Shown here: one piece after another, positions 25,725-38,971 of the stretch
Layout: each line of letters begins with the position of its first letter
How positions within the stretch are numbered: position 1 is the stretch's first letter
Assembly: GCA_951406725.2 (NCBI GenBank)
Contig: OX597825.1
Span: 34,782,001-34,846,000 of the forward strand
DNA: 64,000 nucleotides
Direction of reading: 5' to 3'
Origin: Octopus vulgaris
Lineage: Eukaryota
Made by a program: the position numbers and the translations under genes
Notes under the pieces: model-generated
What the model was told of the DNA's origin: nothing
Database searches by the model: none
Seen by the model: the letters and a program-made list of their open reading frames with translations, nothing else

Positions 25725-27210
25725 CCTTTTCAACTATATATAATGTCCAATCCTTCCATCCTGCCCTCGAATTCTCCTGCACCATTTCCAACACTTCCAT
25801 CACCTTTCTTGACATTTCAGTGAACACAGACAACTCCGCTGCCACTACTTCCATCCACTACAAACACACACCGACTCACACTCATACTTCAACTTCTCCT
25901 CCTCTGCCCACTCTACCCACACCAAGCTCTCCATCCCCTACTCCCAGTTCCTCCATCTGTGCAGGCTCTGCAGTGACAGCCATGACTTTGAGAATCAGTC
26001 TCAACTCATGGCTTGCCACTTCATCCATCGTGGATATCCCCTCACCACTATCCACAACGCCCTTGCCAGAGCATGTTCCGTCGACTGTACCTCTGCTCTC
26101 TCTCTCCTCACACCCACCCTGCTGTTGCCCGTCTCCCCTCACCTACCACCCCCTACCCTGCCCCTCCAATGCACCATTCTCCAAACCTTCCAGCAACTCC
26201 AGTCTGACCCCTCCACTTTGCACATCTTCCCCAACCTACCCCTTCCCTCCATCAAATAAGCCCACAACCTACGTGACCTGGTCTACAGTTTTTTCCCTAA
26301 CCCCACCTCCCAAACTGGCTCATTCCCCTGCTCCTGCTCACACTGCTGCACTTGTCCCTACCTCTCCAACGCCACCATCCTCACAGGCACCCATCATCGT
26401 CCCTATCATATCACTGACTCCTTTACATGCACTTCTAGCAATGTCATTTTCTGCACTTCCTGTCCTCTGTACATCGGTCAAACAGGACACTGTTTAGCTG
26501 ACTAGTTTGTGGAGCACCTCCAAGACATTAGACTTGGCAATAACACCCCAGTTTTGTACCATTTCCACTCTACCAGTCATTCATTACAACACCTGTCTGT
26601 GTTCGGATTGTCTTTGCACAGGAGGCCATCCAGATTCCCACCTTTGCCATGAACAGGAATTAATCTTCACTCTTTGCTCTTTTGTGCCACATGGGCTCAA
26701 CTCCCCCCCCTCTTCTCTTCATCTGATACCTACTTCCTCTCTTCACTCCTAACTAACCACCTTCTCCCTTCATTGATACCTTCCTCCATCCACACATCCC
26801 ACTCCCACATCCTCACATCCCAACACTGCCACCCCACCCCACCCCATGCACACTAGCACTGACTACTTCCCAGCACCCACACCCACACGTCAAAGTCACC
26901 AGCCCCTATCTACATGCACACACACACTCTCACATACACACACACATGCGCACCTTTGTTTTGGGATCACCACTACTTTATTATTTCCCCTTCTTCCTAG
27001 CTCGCCTATCTAACTACCTTTGTCCAGCTAGTTGCCATGATTGACCACTAACTCCAAAAGTTTTTTTTTTTATTCTTTCTCTGTTCATTTCCTCATGTTC
27101 CTTTCTGTTGAAGAGAGTAGGCTCGAAATGTTCTCACCTTCTCAAGCGTCAAACTAATACACTTGTACACCTGACTTTGTCTTATGTTTTTCTGTAAATT
27201 TCAACTATGT
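25725..27210 (+). mobile_element. 5'-truncated, decayed Penelope-like element (Neptune-like) with RT C-terminus, GIY-YIG endonuclease and 3' tail
   Basis: Frameshifted SFHPALEFSCTISNTSITFLDISV, SIPYSQFL, FIHRGYP, Cys-rich linker PCSCSHCCTC, FTCTSSNVIFC, LYIGQTG, EQELIFTL..PHGLN; C-rich coding strand; ends at (TA)n. Confidence 0.88.
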
Positions 27211-28080
27211 ATATATATATATATATCATATATACATACACACATATATACAGTAGGATTTTTCAGTTTTTGTCTACCAAAACTACTCACATAGTCCAAG
27301 GTGCTGCACAATGGAATTGAACCTGAGACACATGGTTAGGAAGTGGGCTACTTAACCATACAGTCACATCTGCACCTACATATGGATACGAACTTGTATT
27401 CATACTTATTTCTCAACCTATTTTTTCCAGGCTACACAATAACTTTCTAGAAAATTGTATAATCCACAGGTGAAATATACTTAAAGAAACACCCAGGCAG
27501 TAGAATAGTGCTAATATGTAGCAGTCTTCACACAGTATGCTGGGTTGGAGGGATTGGTTTGGTTAGGATGAGTAAAGTTGTAGTATGTTTGCTACAGAAA
27601 GAAAATTTTGGATCCCATGCCCCACCACAATTTCCCCAATCCCAACCAGTGGGGCATATGCTTCATATTGGGAATCATAAGTCTAAACCGGATTGGCACT
27701 CTAGAAATTAATGTTATGAAGAGTAACCAGCAAAGGATTCTGTATAAGATGTTTGTCTCTACCTCATCATATGCATTTTTTCTGTTATTAGTTAGGAACT
27801 ACAGAGATCATTTATATGATATGAAAATATGAACTAATACAATTTTATTTGTATGACAGTCATGCCAAAACCTCACAGCAGTACCAAAAGCCCACTTATT
27901 TGTGTAAGTGCACAAGCACACAGTTATAACAGTCTGGTACGAATGAAACTGAATCATAAATTAATGAAATACACACATTTTCCCTGAGTAAACTGAAGTT
28001 TAAGAACAATAATATAGAGCCATTATACATGAAGATCATTGTGAAACAAAGTGGAAGTTGAAACCAAATGTGAAACGTAC

Positions 28081-28157
28081 CTTATGGTCAGACCAACCGA
28101 TAAGATCAAAAGCATGATGGAAAATTCGTGTAATAAAGTTGTTGTGTAAATCATCAG
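28081..28157 (-). CDS. SLC30A5: SLC30A5 coding exon 7
   Basis: cag|CT...AAG|gtacgt; SDDLHNNFITRIFHHAFDLIGWSDHK; preceded by a U12 branch site. Confidence 0.9.
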
Positions 28158-31100
28158 CTGAAGATGAAGAATTAAGGACAAAAAAGGAACTGAATGGGAG
28201 AACAACAAAAACAGCTTAACATTCTGTGTGTGTTTGTGTGTGTGTGTGTATGTGTATGTCCCCATTTATATACCTCATCATCGTTTAACCCTTTAGTATT
28301 TAAAATGGCCATATTCGGCCCAAATAGGCTACCAGTTTTATGTTCTAACCAGCCGGATCCAGCCTATCACACATACCCTTCAATGCTATAAAATCACATC
28401 ATTAAAATTTTGAAGCTACAAAATAAAGCATGATTAATTAAAAATAATCTGAATGAAAAAGTATTACATCATCATCATCACCATTTAACGTCTGTTGTCC
28501 ATGCTAACATGGGTGGGGCAGTGTGACCAGAGCTGGAAAGCTGCACCAGACTCCAGTCTGATTTGGCATGGTCTCTATGGCTGGATACCCTTCCTAATGC
28601 CAGCCACTTTACAGAGTGTGCTGGATGCTTTTATGTGGCACTACACAGGCACTTTTATGTGATGCTGCATGGGTGCTTTTACATGCCACCACATGGATGC
28701 ATTTACAGGTTGCTTCACAGGTGATTTTACATGACACTGCATGGGCACTTTTATGTGGCACTGCATGGGCGCTTTCACGTGGGACCGCCATGGGTGCTTT
28801 ACACCACCAGAAGGATCAGCCTTAACACTTCTGCTGTGGAGTACAGGTCTTCTTGAGTACAGTCATGCCCCAGGTGTCTTGGTCTTTTGTCATTGCATCT
28901 GAAAAGTTCAGCTCCCTGAAGTCATTCTTCAATACTTTGTCCCATGTCTTCCATCCACTTTGAGAGATTGGCACTTCTTTATGGAGCTGTCAGCATCCAT
29001 CCAGAATAATCTGAATGCTGAAGGGTTGATGTCCATGTTCTTATATTGGCATGGGTTGGACAGTTTGACAGGATTCAGTGAGTTCTTATGGCTGGATGCC
29101 CTTCCTAATGCCGACCACTTTACAGTGTGTATGGGTCCATTTTTGTATAATCAGTGCAAGCAATGTCACCATGCAGCTTTCAAGACTACGGATCCTGACA
29201 GAAGTGGCTTTACATTAGGAACCTTACAAAGGGGATGACAAAGGACCAAGATATCTGGTGCCCTGCTGTATTCAAGAAGACCCATCTGCCACAGCAGAAT
29301 TGATACAAGTGCTTGTGCCACATAAAAAGCACTGGTGCTGGTGCTACATTAAAAGCACCGGTGCTGGTTCCATGTTAAAAACACTGGTACTGGTGACACA
29401 TTAAAAAGCACCCAGTATACTTTGTGGAGTGGTTGGCATTAAGAAGGGCATCTGGCCATAGAAACCATGCCAGAACAGACAACAGAGCTGGGTGCAGCCT
29501 CTGATCTTACCAGCTCCAGTCAAACTGTTCTATATTTAAGAAATGAGGAATTATGTACATTATTTACAATTGATGGATATTTGTCCTCATCTTGCTTGTT
29601 GTTAACACAACATTTCGGCTGATATACTCTCCAACCTTCATCGGGTGTCTTGGGAAAATTTCGAAACTGGGTTCTCATTCCTAAGGTATTTTTCAATGTT
29701 GTTGTTATTATTATTTTTATTATTATTATCCAGGTCACTGCCTGGAATCGAACTCAGAATCTTAGGGTTAGTAGTGGTTAAGAGTGTTGGCTACTAACCG
29801 TAAGATTCCAGGCAGTGACCTGGATAATACTACTACTACTACTAATAATAATAATAATAATAACAACATCGAAAAATACCTTAGGAATGAGAACCCAGTT
29901 TCGAAATTTTCCCAAGACACCCGATGAAGGCTGGAGAGTATATCAGCCGAAATATTGTGTTAACAACAAACAAGATGAGGAGAAATATCCGTCAATTGTA
30001 AATAATATAAATAATGTCCAATCAAACTAACATGGAAAACAGAGGGGTTAAACTAGGAGAATCTAATCAATCTGCCCAACCCATACCAACATGAAAACAG
30101 TGATGATGAAGGGTTAAACTAGGAGAATTCCACTAGGAAGTTTACATACCAGATGTAGTTTGATGCTTTGTGGATACTAAGTACAACATGTTTTAACTAA
30201 ATTTCTTGAGAGAGAGAGAGAGAAAGAAAAAGAGAGAGAGAGAAAGAAAGAAAGAAAGAAAGAGAGAGACAGACAGACAGAGACAGAGAGAGAGCTGGTA
30301 AAACATAACAGAGTGGGTTTCCAGTAAATTTAGCTTTATGAAATTTGTAATGATGGTCATTACGGTCACACACCATTTATTGGCCAACTCATGTTGCATC
30401 CAGTGTATATGATCTTTCATCTTTTACTTGTTTCAGTCATTAGATTGTGACCATGTTGGGGCAATACCTTGAAGAATTTTTGGCCAAACGAACCAACTCC
30501 AGTACTTTTTTGTCAAAGCCTGGTACTTATTCTATCAGTCACTTTTGCTGAATCACTAAGATACAGGGATGTAAACACAGTTGTCAAGTAGTGTGGTGGG
30601 GGACAAACACAAAGGCACACACACTCACACAACTGTCTTCTTTCAGTGTCTGTCAACCAAATCCACTCATGAAGCTTTGGTTGGCCCAAGGCTCTAGTAG
30701 AAAACACTTGCTTAAAGTGCTGTTATACAGTGGGACTGAACTTAGAGCTATGTGGTTGGGAGGCAAGCTTTGTTACCACACAGCTATACCTGTACCTATA
30801 ATCAAACAGCCACATGTCGCCACCTGCATTTCACATTTTATGTCTACCTCATTTCACTTTACTTCTTACATAATACAAACAGTTAACCTTTGAAACAGTA
30901 GCCTGAAACACTATCATTATGGGAAGTTATGACCTTTAATAATGAATTTACAGGTTTAACATTTTAGTACTCAGATTACTCTGTCAAATGTAATGCATAT
31001 TTAATTACGTTGTTCTGAATTAATCATGCGTTTGATTGTATCTTTGTCATCTCAATGTTGTGATTGTTTCTTTTATTCTTTCGTTTCATGCATTTGACTG

Positions 31101-31820
31101 TGGCCATGCTGGAGCACCATCTTGAAGAATTTTAGTTGAATGAATTGACCCAAGTAATTATATTTATCTTTTAAGCCTGGTATTTATTCCACTGAGCTCT
31201 TTTGCCAAACCACTAAGTTACAGGGAACATAAACATGCCAACACCGGTTGTCAAGCAGTGGTTGGGAACAAACACAGACACACACACACTTATGATGGGC
31301 TTCTTACAGTTTTTCTTAACCAAGTACACATACAAGGTTTTGGTCAGCCTGAGGCTATAGCAGAAGACACTTGCTCAAGGTGCCATGCAGTGGAACTGAG
31401 CCCAGCACGATGTGATTGGGAAGCGAACTTCTTACTACACAGTCATGTCAGCACCTATTGTTCATTTTCAGAATGTCATTGTAGGCTGGATTGAGCTAGT
31501 TTGACCATTTGGGCCAGAAATGGCTGGTTTAAGTGCAAAAAATGTAAAAATAAAAAATATATACACTTTTAGTTGGTCTCAATTGTTCAGCCATTATAAG
31601 GAGATAGCTACAAATCTCTACAAAGAATCTACAGATGTAAAAAACAACAACAAACTACGAATTCCATCAACTGATGTAAAAGATCTCAAGCACCTTGGAG
31701 CAAGTTGCAATTCTCAGCAAAGAATCAAAAGATTTTTAAACAAGGTAAAAAAAAAAACAATATTTGGGCAAATAAAATCTGTTACAGAAACAGTATTAAT
31801 TATGAGTAGTGAAAGGATAC
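28158..31820 (-). other. U12-type (minor spliceosome) GT-AG intron of SLC30A5
   Basis: Donor GTATCCTTTC (31820-31811); branch site TCCTTAAT (28178-28171) about 15 nt from the AG. Confidence 0.88.
29527..30016. mobile_element. Head-to-head inverted pair of tRNA-headed, hammerhead-bearing SINE copies
   Basis: Minus copy 29527-29774 and plus copy 29771-30016 are near reverse complements; interrupts an older SINE at caaactg|tcca. Confidence 0.85.
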
Positions 31821-31911
31821 ATTCATGATCAGAAATTAGATGAAGCCTATCATCATGGTCCAATAATAATAGGGAGACAACTCCAAGCAAAAAAAATAGG
31901 GCACCACGTAA
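31821..31911 (-). CDS. SLC30A5: SLC30A5 coding exon 6
   Basis: ccag|TTA...GAAT|gtatcc; LRGALFFLLGVVSLLLLDHDDRLHLISDHE. Confidence 0.93.
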
Positions 31912-32931
31912 CTGGAAAAAAAATAAGAGGAAAATATTAAACATGGCAAGCACAAATAAAGATTGCAGACTGTATATATATATAGTGTTATATAAATTAA
32001 TTCTAGTGAATCTTATATATATATATCATAAATGAAGATCAAGAGATAATGATAGTCCAATACATGCATAAAAAAATTCTGTTAATTTTTATCTTTTGAT
32101 GGTTTGGAAACACCACATGAAATTTTAACAGAGGTAATACACTAACTGCAAATAAACTGTCATGCTATTGAAACACATGTAACATGTATTGAACTGCTAT
32201 TATCTATTCATCTTCATTTACCACATATTTTCACTGTGTGACATATCCGAATACTGTTACAGAGATTGGAGTTGCAGAATACCTGATATCATTAAACAAT
32301 TCTTATGTTAATTCAGCTTGTGACTGAATGATAAAATAAGAATGTCTGGTTGTTAGTATTTATATAGTGTACAAAGCTAGCCAAATACTCATGGAGGCTA
32401 CCAGACTAATAATCATGGTCATTAAGACCCCAATAAAATTATATATATATATATATATATATAAATGTTAGTTTGGAACTGTCTGTTACCAGACCAGTTG
32501 GTGTCAAGGGAAGCTGATATAGAAGTAGTTTGTGAAAAAATGAATGGTTATATGTTCATTTAAGCTGGTCCTTTTAACTTTAGATCTTTTTATTCTCTAT
32601 TTCTCCCCATATACAAGATGGAAATTCAAGAACACCAACACCCCAACCACCTCAAAAAAAAACTTATACAGTATAATGAAGTAATCAGGTTATTTTCCCT
32701 TTCTAAGTATTTTCAATCACTGACAATTATTAAATATGAGAAAGTTCACATCAGTAACACGAGAGGGGGAGGAGGGAAAGAAGGAGTGAAAGCAAGTGAA
32801 ATAGAGATAGTGAGTGACAGAAAGAGCAAGAAATAGAAGGAGAAATAGAGAATTAGAGCCAGAAACTAATAAAGATACAGTTGATGACATAACAATAAAG
32901 TGGCTAGAAATAAATTTTTTTTTTTTTTTAC

Positions 32932-33019
32932 CTTTGATGGAGCTGATCCGTTACTGCTGAACAAAGCACTGGCCCATGCAATCACAACAATATCACTATG
33001 CTCAAAGAGCAAAATCGTC
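32932..33019 (-). CDS. SLC30A5: SLC30A5 coding exon 5
   Basis: cag|G...AAG|gtaaaa; RTILLFEHSDIVVIAWASALFSSNGSAPSK. Confidence 0.95.
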
Positions 33020-33831
33020 CTGAAATATTAACAAACACCAATGAGGAGCTGTATATTCATAGAGTACATAACAACAACCATTTGAAATACATTGTTTGAA
33101 TTCCTCACACTTTCTATCAGCCATGCCCCACATATATATTACATATATACATATATTATATATATATAGGCGTAAGAGTGGCTGTGTGGTAAGTAGCTTG
33201 CTTACCAACCACATGGTTCCGAACCGCTAAGTTACAAGGATGTAAACACACCAACATTGTTGAGGGAACAAACACAGATGCACAAACACACATATGTATA
33301 CATATACACGATGGGCTTCTTTCAGTTTCCTTCTACCAAATCCACTCACACGGCTTTGGTCGGCTCAAGGCTATAGTAAGTAGAAGACACTTGCTCAAGG
33401 TACCATGTAGTGGGACCAAACCCAGAAACATGTAGTTGGTAAGCAAGTTACTTACCACACAGCCACTCCTGCACCTAAGTAATTCAAGAAAATAAAACAA
33501 TTTATTTTCTTGCAAATGTGATGGTACAGGATAGAAAATGGACAAATGACAGGTTTTAAATTACATTAATAACAGCAAAGAAAAATCTGTTTATAATGTC
33601 AATTCATGAGTAATTCATGTGCTGTAGAAAATGTATTATACATGAGTATGCATGAATTAAAGTTATTCTTTGAGGGTCACACTGACAAGAGTGGATAACG
33701 TTGCCGTAGTGAGAAAGGAAAACAAACATACATTTTATGGGAAATTAGTAGGAAATGAGTTCATTCAGATTAAACAAGCTTAATATTTTAGACCAGTGGA
33801 AAAATTTAAAGAAGCATTAACAGCATTATTA

Positions 33832-33868
<37 letters not shown>

Positions 33869-34664
33869 TGAAAAGCTGTGGAGGTTTTAATGGCTACTGA
33901 ATCTGCACCAACCTGCAATGGTTGACATTGTAAAGCTATTACATCTGACAAAAATGGCTTAAGGCTTGGCAGAGCTGTTTACATTATATTTTGCTTGGAA
34001 AGAGGAAAGGTGACAGCATGCTACCTTCAGGCAAGGTGAGGGCAAATAGAATTGAGTTTTCCAATAATAATAAAATAATGATGATGTTGATGATGATTAT
34101 AATAATAATAATAACCCTTTATACTAAAGGCACAAGGCCCGAAATTTGGTGGGAGGGGACAAGTCGATGACATTGATCCCAGTACTTGACTGGTACTTAA
34201 TTTATCGACTCTGAAAGGATGAAAGGCAAAGTCAACCTTGGCGAGATTTGAACTCAGAACGTGAAGATAGGTGAAATGCTGTTAAGCATTTTTGCCTGGA
34301 GTGCTAACGATTCTGCTAGCTTGCTGCCTTAATAATAATAATAATAATAATGGTAATAGCCATTGCTGTTGCCATCATTGTCACTACTACTATCACCATT
34401 CTCATCATCGTTGTTTTTAAGTTTGATTTTTTTCCATGCTGGGATGGGTTGGATGGGTTACAGCCAGGTGTACTGCTTTTTCAAACAAATCCTTAGTTGT
34501 TGTTTTCGAGTTAGTTGAAAATTCATTCCTCCAAAATTTGAGGCCTTGTGCTTCCAAGAGAAAGGATTTATTAAAGTTCAAAAAGTGTGACACAATGACA
34601 TTCACATTTATTATATTAGGTATGTTTAATTTTGGGGAAACTTTATTTCTATTAAAGTGTATTT

Positions 34665-34672
34665 TATATATA

Positions 34673-34723
<51 letters not shown>

Positions 34724-34746
34724 ATGTATGTATGTATGTATGTATG

Positions 34747-34815
<69 letters not shown>
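34665..34815. repeat. Compound (TG)n(TATG)n(TA)n microsatellite
   Basis: Direct reading. Confidence 0.95.
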
Positions 34816-35172
34816 TAAAGAAAGCAAACGATAAAACAAAAATGATAGTGTTCAGTATGTTGGTGACATGAATTTCTGTCAAACAGACAAAGTTGTACAT
34901 CATCTCCTGCTTTCTCTCACATACCCACTCTTTCTCTCTCTTCTACTATTACTCCCACTACTACCATCAACACTACTACTTTTAATAAAACATCATCAAC
35001 TCTCCCTAAATTTCTTTCTCTCACTCTGTCTTTATCACCATTCTCACTGTCCCTATGCCTTCTATTACTCTCACCCATCATGAGGAACAGTTGGAGTGTC
35101 ATTGAATAGTGAGAGAGGGGATATAAGTGTGACACACTGATACACACAAATTAGTTTTCGCATTTATTATAC

Positions 35173-35207
<35 letters not shown>

Positions 35208-35210
<3 letters not shown>

Positions 35211-35350
35211 GGAAAGTTTACGAAAATAAACAAAAGACGAAGGCAGGTAGAGTACAAACAAACAAATGTATTAGTATAGCGCTCAGGAATAGAAAAAGTC
35301 TTTTACGTTTTGAGCCTACGCTCTTCGACAGAAAGATACACAGAAAAAAA
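35208..35350 (-). mobile_element. Isolated 3' tail of the Neptune-like element with variant hammerhead motif
   Basis: Reverse complement aligns with 27095-27210; ends at (TA)n. Confidence 0.75.
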
Positions 35351-38300
35351 TGCGTGTAGGAGAGAGAGAGAGAGATGATAAGCCTCTGTTGAGTTTCTGT
35401 AAAATTTTTTTTGTAAGATATTGGTCAATCTGAGGCTACCATAGAAGACACTTTCCAAAAGTTCAGTGGAATTAAATCCAAAACTACATTGTTTTATAAT
35501 ATAATTTATAACATAATTCAATGATCTATTTATTTATTTATAACATGTTCTGGCTGATTTGAACATGAATATCTTAATTACAGTTGTATTTTGTCTTCAG
35601 AGAAGAACAACTTTCAGACAACATGTGCTGATTACACACTTCATTCATATGATGTAGGGAAACTGAAACACTGGTGTTACTGTTTCAGTGTCTCTTCAGT
35701 CAAAGCTACTCTTAGATCTCTGAATCTAAACATAGTTGGTGGTTCTTGTTTATAGAATTCAGCAAATAAATTATTTTCTGACAGGTGCTGATATTTTCCA
35801 AGTCAATAATAAATTATCAAGGTAATTTATAATTAATCTATGCACAGCATAATCCATTATTGAATCAATACATTACTTGAATAACCATGGTGAATAGTAA
35901 AACAATTTCCAACAGAATATGTGTACTGAATCATGGCAATAACAGCAAACAATTTTCATAGGGAAATAGTTGTTTGTTGTTGCTACAAGACTATGTACAT
36001 ATCAATGGGTAAAACAGCTGATAGCAATTATAAACCAAACCAATTCAAGCCTAAGATAAATATAGATAGTATAAATATTGGAGAGAGAGAGAGGAGAGAA
36101 GTGACAGCTTGCTGTGATTCAGTTGAGTTGAGAGCAAATGGCAATGAGTTCTCTTTCTTTTCATCATTGCTGTCACTATAATGATCAACTTTGTTTTTTA
36201 TATCCACTATTTTGTCTGTTGGTATGAGGTGGAGGAAACTTCTTGGGGTAGTATTCCATGTCAGGCTGTGTAAATATGGAGTTCATTTCATAACCATGTG
36301 GTTTTGAGATCTATCTCACTGCATGATACTTTCGGGCAGGCGTCTTTTGTTATAGTCTCGGGCAACTTGCAAGTGGAATTGGGTGATGGAGACTGTAAGG
36401 AAGCTTGTACATGTGTGTGGGCAGATAAATATTATGTAAAAGCACCCGTGCTGTGCCACATAAAAGTGCCTGTGCAGTGTCACATAAAAGCGCCCATGTG
36501 GTGCCATGTAAAAGTGCTCAGCACACTCTGTAAAGTGATTGGTGTTAGGAAGGGCATCAAGCTGTGGAAACTATCCCTAATCAAACTTGAGTCAGGTCCA
36601 GCTCCCCACCTTGCCAGCTCTGGTCAAACTGTCCAACCCATGCCAGCATGGACAATGGATGTTAAATGATGATGATGATGATTTAGATTCTGCATCTTAG
36701 CATAAAACTTTCAGAGGGGAAAATGGTGATGTTATGTTGGCATTCCCTGTTAATATGTTGCCATGTAGCTTTACACAGTCAAGCATATGTAGAATAAGAA
36801 AAAATTTCATTACATGAAAAACAGATGGGTTAGCAACAGGAAAGAGATCTGGCTGTAAAATCATACCTTAGTAGTAAGTATGTGTCCAACCCATGCTATC
36901 ATGGAGAAATGGACATAAAACAAACAAAGGAATACACTCTAAAGTTGAGGTTACAAGACATTTTCTTGATGGGTTTAACTGAACAAATAAACCCCAATAT
37001 TTATTTTCTTAAATCTGGTACTTATTCTATTGGTCACTTTTGCTGAACTGCCAAGTTATAGGGATGTAAATAAATCAACACCAGTTGTTAAGTTGTGGTG
37101 GTGGGGCAAACACACAAAGATACACACATACATGTGTGCATGTAAGGCTTCTGTGCAATTTCCATCAACTAAATTTGCTTGCAAAACATTGGTTGGCCTG
37201 GGGCTACTGTAGAAGACACCCACCCAAAGTGCTGCACATTAGGACTGAACCTGAAACTGCGTGGTAGCAAAGGGATCTTCTTAACCACACAGTCACACCT
37301 GTACACTGTATGTTATGACAAATGGAAGCAACACATCAACATACACAATATGCAAGTGGACAGAAAAGCCAGGAACAGCCATATATGCCATGTGTCAATT
37401 CTGTTGAGAACTCATCAGTGACTGTGCACCCTCTTCTATTATTGATGAACATCATCATTTAGCGTCCATTTTCCATGCTGGCATGGGTTGGACAGTTCGA
37501 CTGGAACTGGTAAGGCCAGGGGCTGCTGCAAGTTCCATTATCTGTTTTTGCATGGTTTCTATGGCTGGATGCCCTTCCTAACACCAACCACTCCACAGAG
37601 TGTACTGGGTGTACATGGCACCAGCACCACTCCTTTTTTATGTAGAAGCAGCAGCAGTATCAATTCTGCTGTAATGGACAGGTCTTCTTGAGTACAACAA
37701 GGTGCTAGTCCTTGACATATTGCTTATAAACTAAAAGCTTAAGTAACCTAAACAGACTAATTTGCATATATAATATTTTCTTGGCAGCTGAGCTGGTTCA
37801 AATATTAAATTACAGATATACTCTTAACATAATGTGTTAGCTAAAAACAAATCTATAGAAATATTCTGTAGGATATCATACAGCCATATATATTCTGTAG
37901 GATATCATACACTCAAATGGTGTTTTTTACATGCCACCTGCAGAGGAGCCAGTCCTATGTTTAAACTGGCCAGATCCAGCCGCCTACACGGACACCCACA
38001 ATGTTATTCTAAAAATAAACAATTATATCATTGAAATTTCAGAGATATGAGATAATGCATGATTAATTGAAAACAATGTGAATAAATAAGTATTAGTTAA
38101 CAGAAGGTTTGTAAGCAGAACTTTTTTAAGGGTGCAGTGTTGATGAAATCCAACAGGATTGAAACTTCACATGCACTGCTGTTCCTTATTTATCTATCTG
38201 TGAGACCCATGAAAATATTGTAAATACAAGCATATTGTTTACATTTGTCAGCATGTAAAACAGACATTAATGATGATAATGATAACGGATGATGATGATG

Positions 38301-38536
38301 ATTACTCTTGAATATAACGAGTATATAGTTTTGCTAATTGAACTAGAACCCACAATCACTGAAAGCAAGGTGAAATCAATTTGTGTGTACCTGCATGTCT
38401 AATTGAAACTTAATGACTTGAACCAAGTGAAAGAGAAGAAAGAAAAGAAAGAACCATCTGAAGGCAGAGTATATCAAATGCTATTTTAACAGAGAACAGG
38501 ACAGGTAAGATGTAAACTGGAAAAACTGGTACTCAC

Positions 38537-38622
38537 CTGAGTGGACCACATAGAGTCAATCCAAAAAGCCAAAGTAAGTTTATCATACTTCCAATAACAG
38601 CATGACGAACTACTCGAAACCA
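38537..38622 (-). CDS. SLC30A5: SLC30A5 coding exon 4
   Basis: tag|TGG...CAG|gtgagt; WFRVVRHAVIGSMINLLWLFGLTLCGPLR. Confidence 0.95.
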
Positions 38623-38841
38623 CTACATGTGTGAGAATGGAAACAAATTAAAAAAGAAACAAACAACAAAGTAAAAAAAAACAACAAAACGATAAATATC
38701 AAATAAGCAATAATAATTATTATTAACCTCAGAAAAATGAAAAATAAGAGTGACTGCTGAGGTTTTCAACTCAGAAACAAAGAGGATATAACTAAATACT
38801 GTTCTCTTATTGGTTCAGATCAGATTTAACACTTCATGTAG

Positions 38842-38971
38842 AAATTAAATACATTAAAGACAGGTTTAAATATATTTTAAATATATTACAAATTAAATAT
38901 ATTAAAGACAGGTTTAAATATATTTTAAATATATTACAAATTAAATATATTAAAAACAGGTTTAAATATAT
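38842..38971. repeat. AT-rich 48-bp tandem repeat, ~2.7 units
   Basis: Units start at 38842, 38890 and 38938. Confidence 0.85.

Noticed and set aside
25661-26497. 278-aa Pro/Ser/Thr-rich ORF resembling a mucin
   Set aside because: Out-of-frame read-through of the C-rich, frameshifted Penelope-like element.
29520-30030. Two near-identical 71-72 aa ORFs on opposite strands
   Set aside because: Consequence of the inverted SINE pair; no splice signals or coding evidence.
35590-35705. Minus-strand CTGAAGA...GAAA with a 9-bp hairpin, a possible further hammerhead
   Set aside because: No convincing stem I or stem III/NUH pairing could be drawn.
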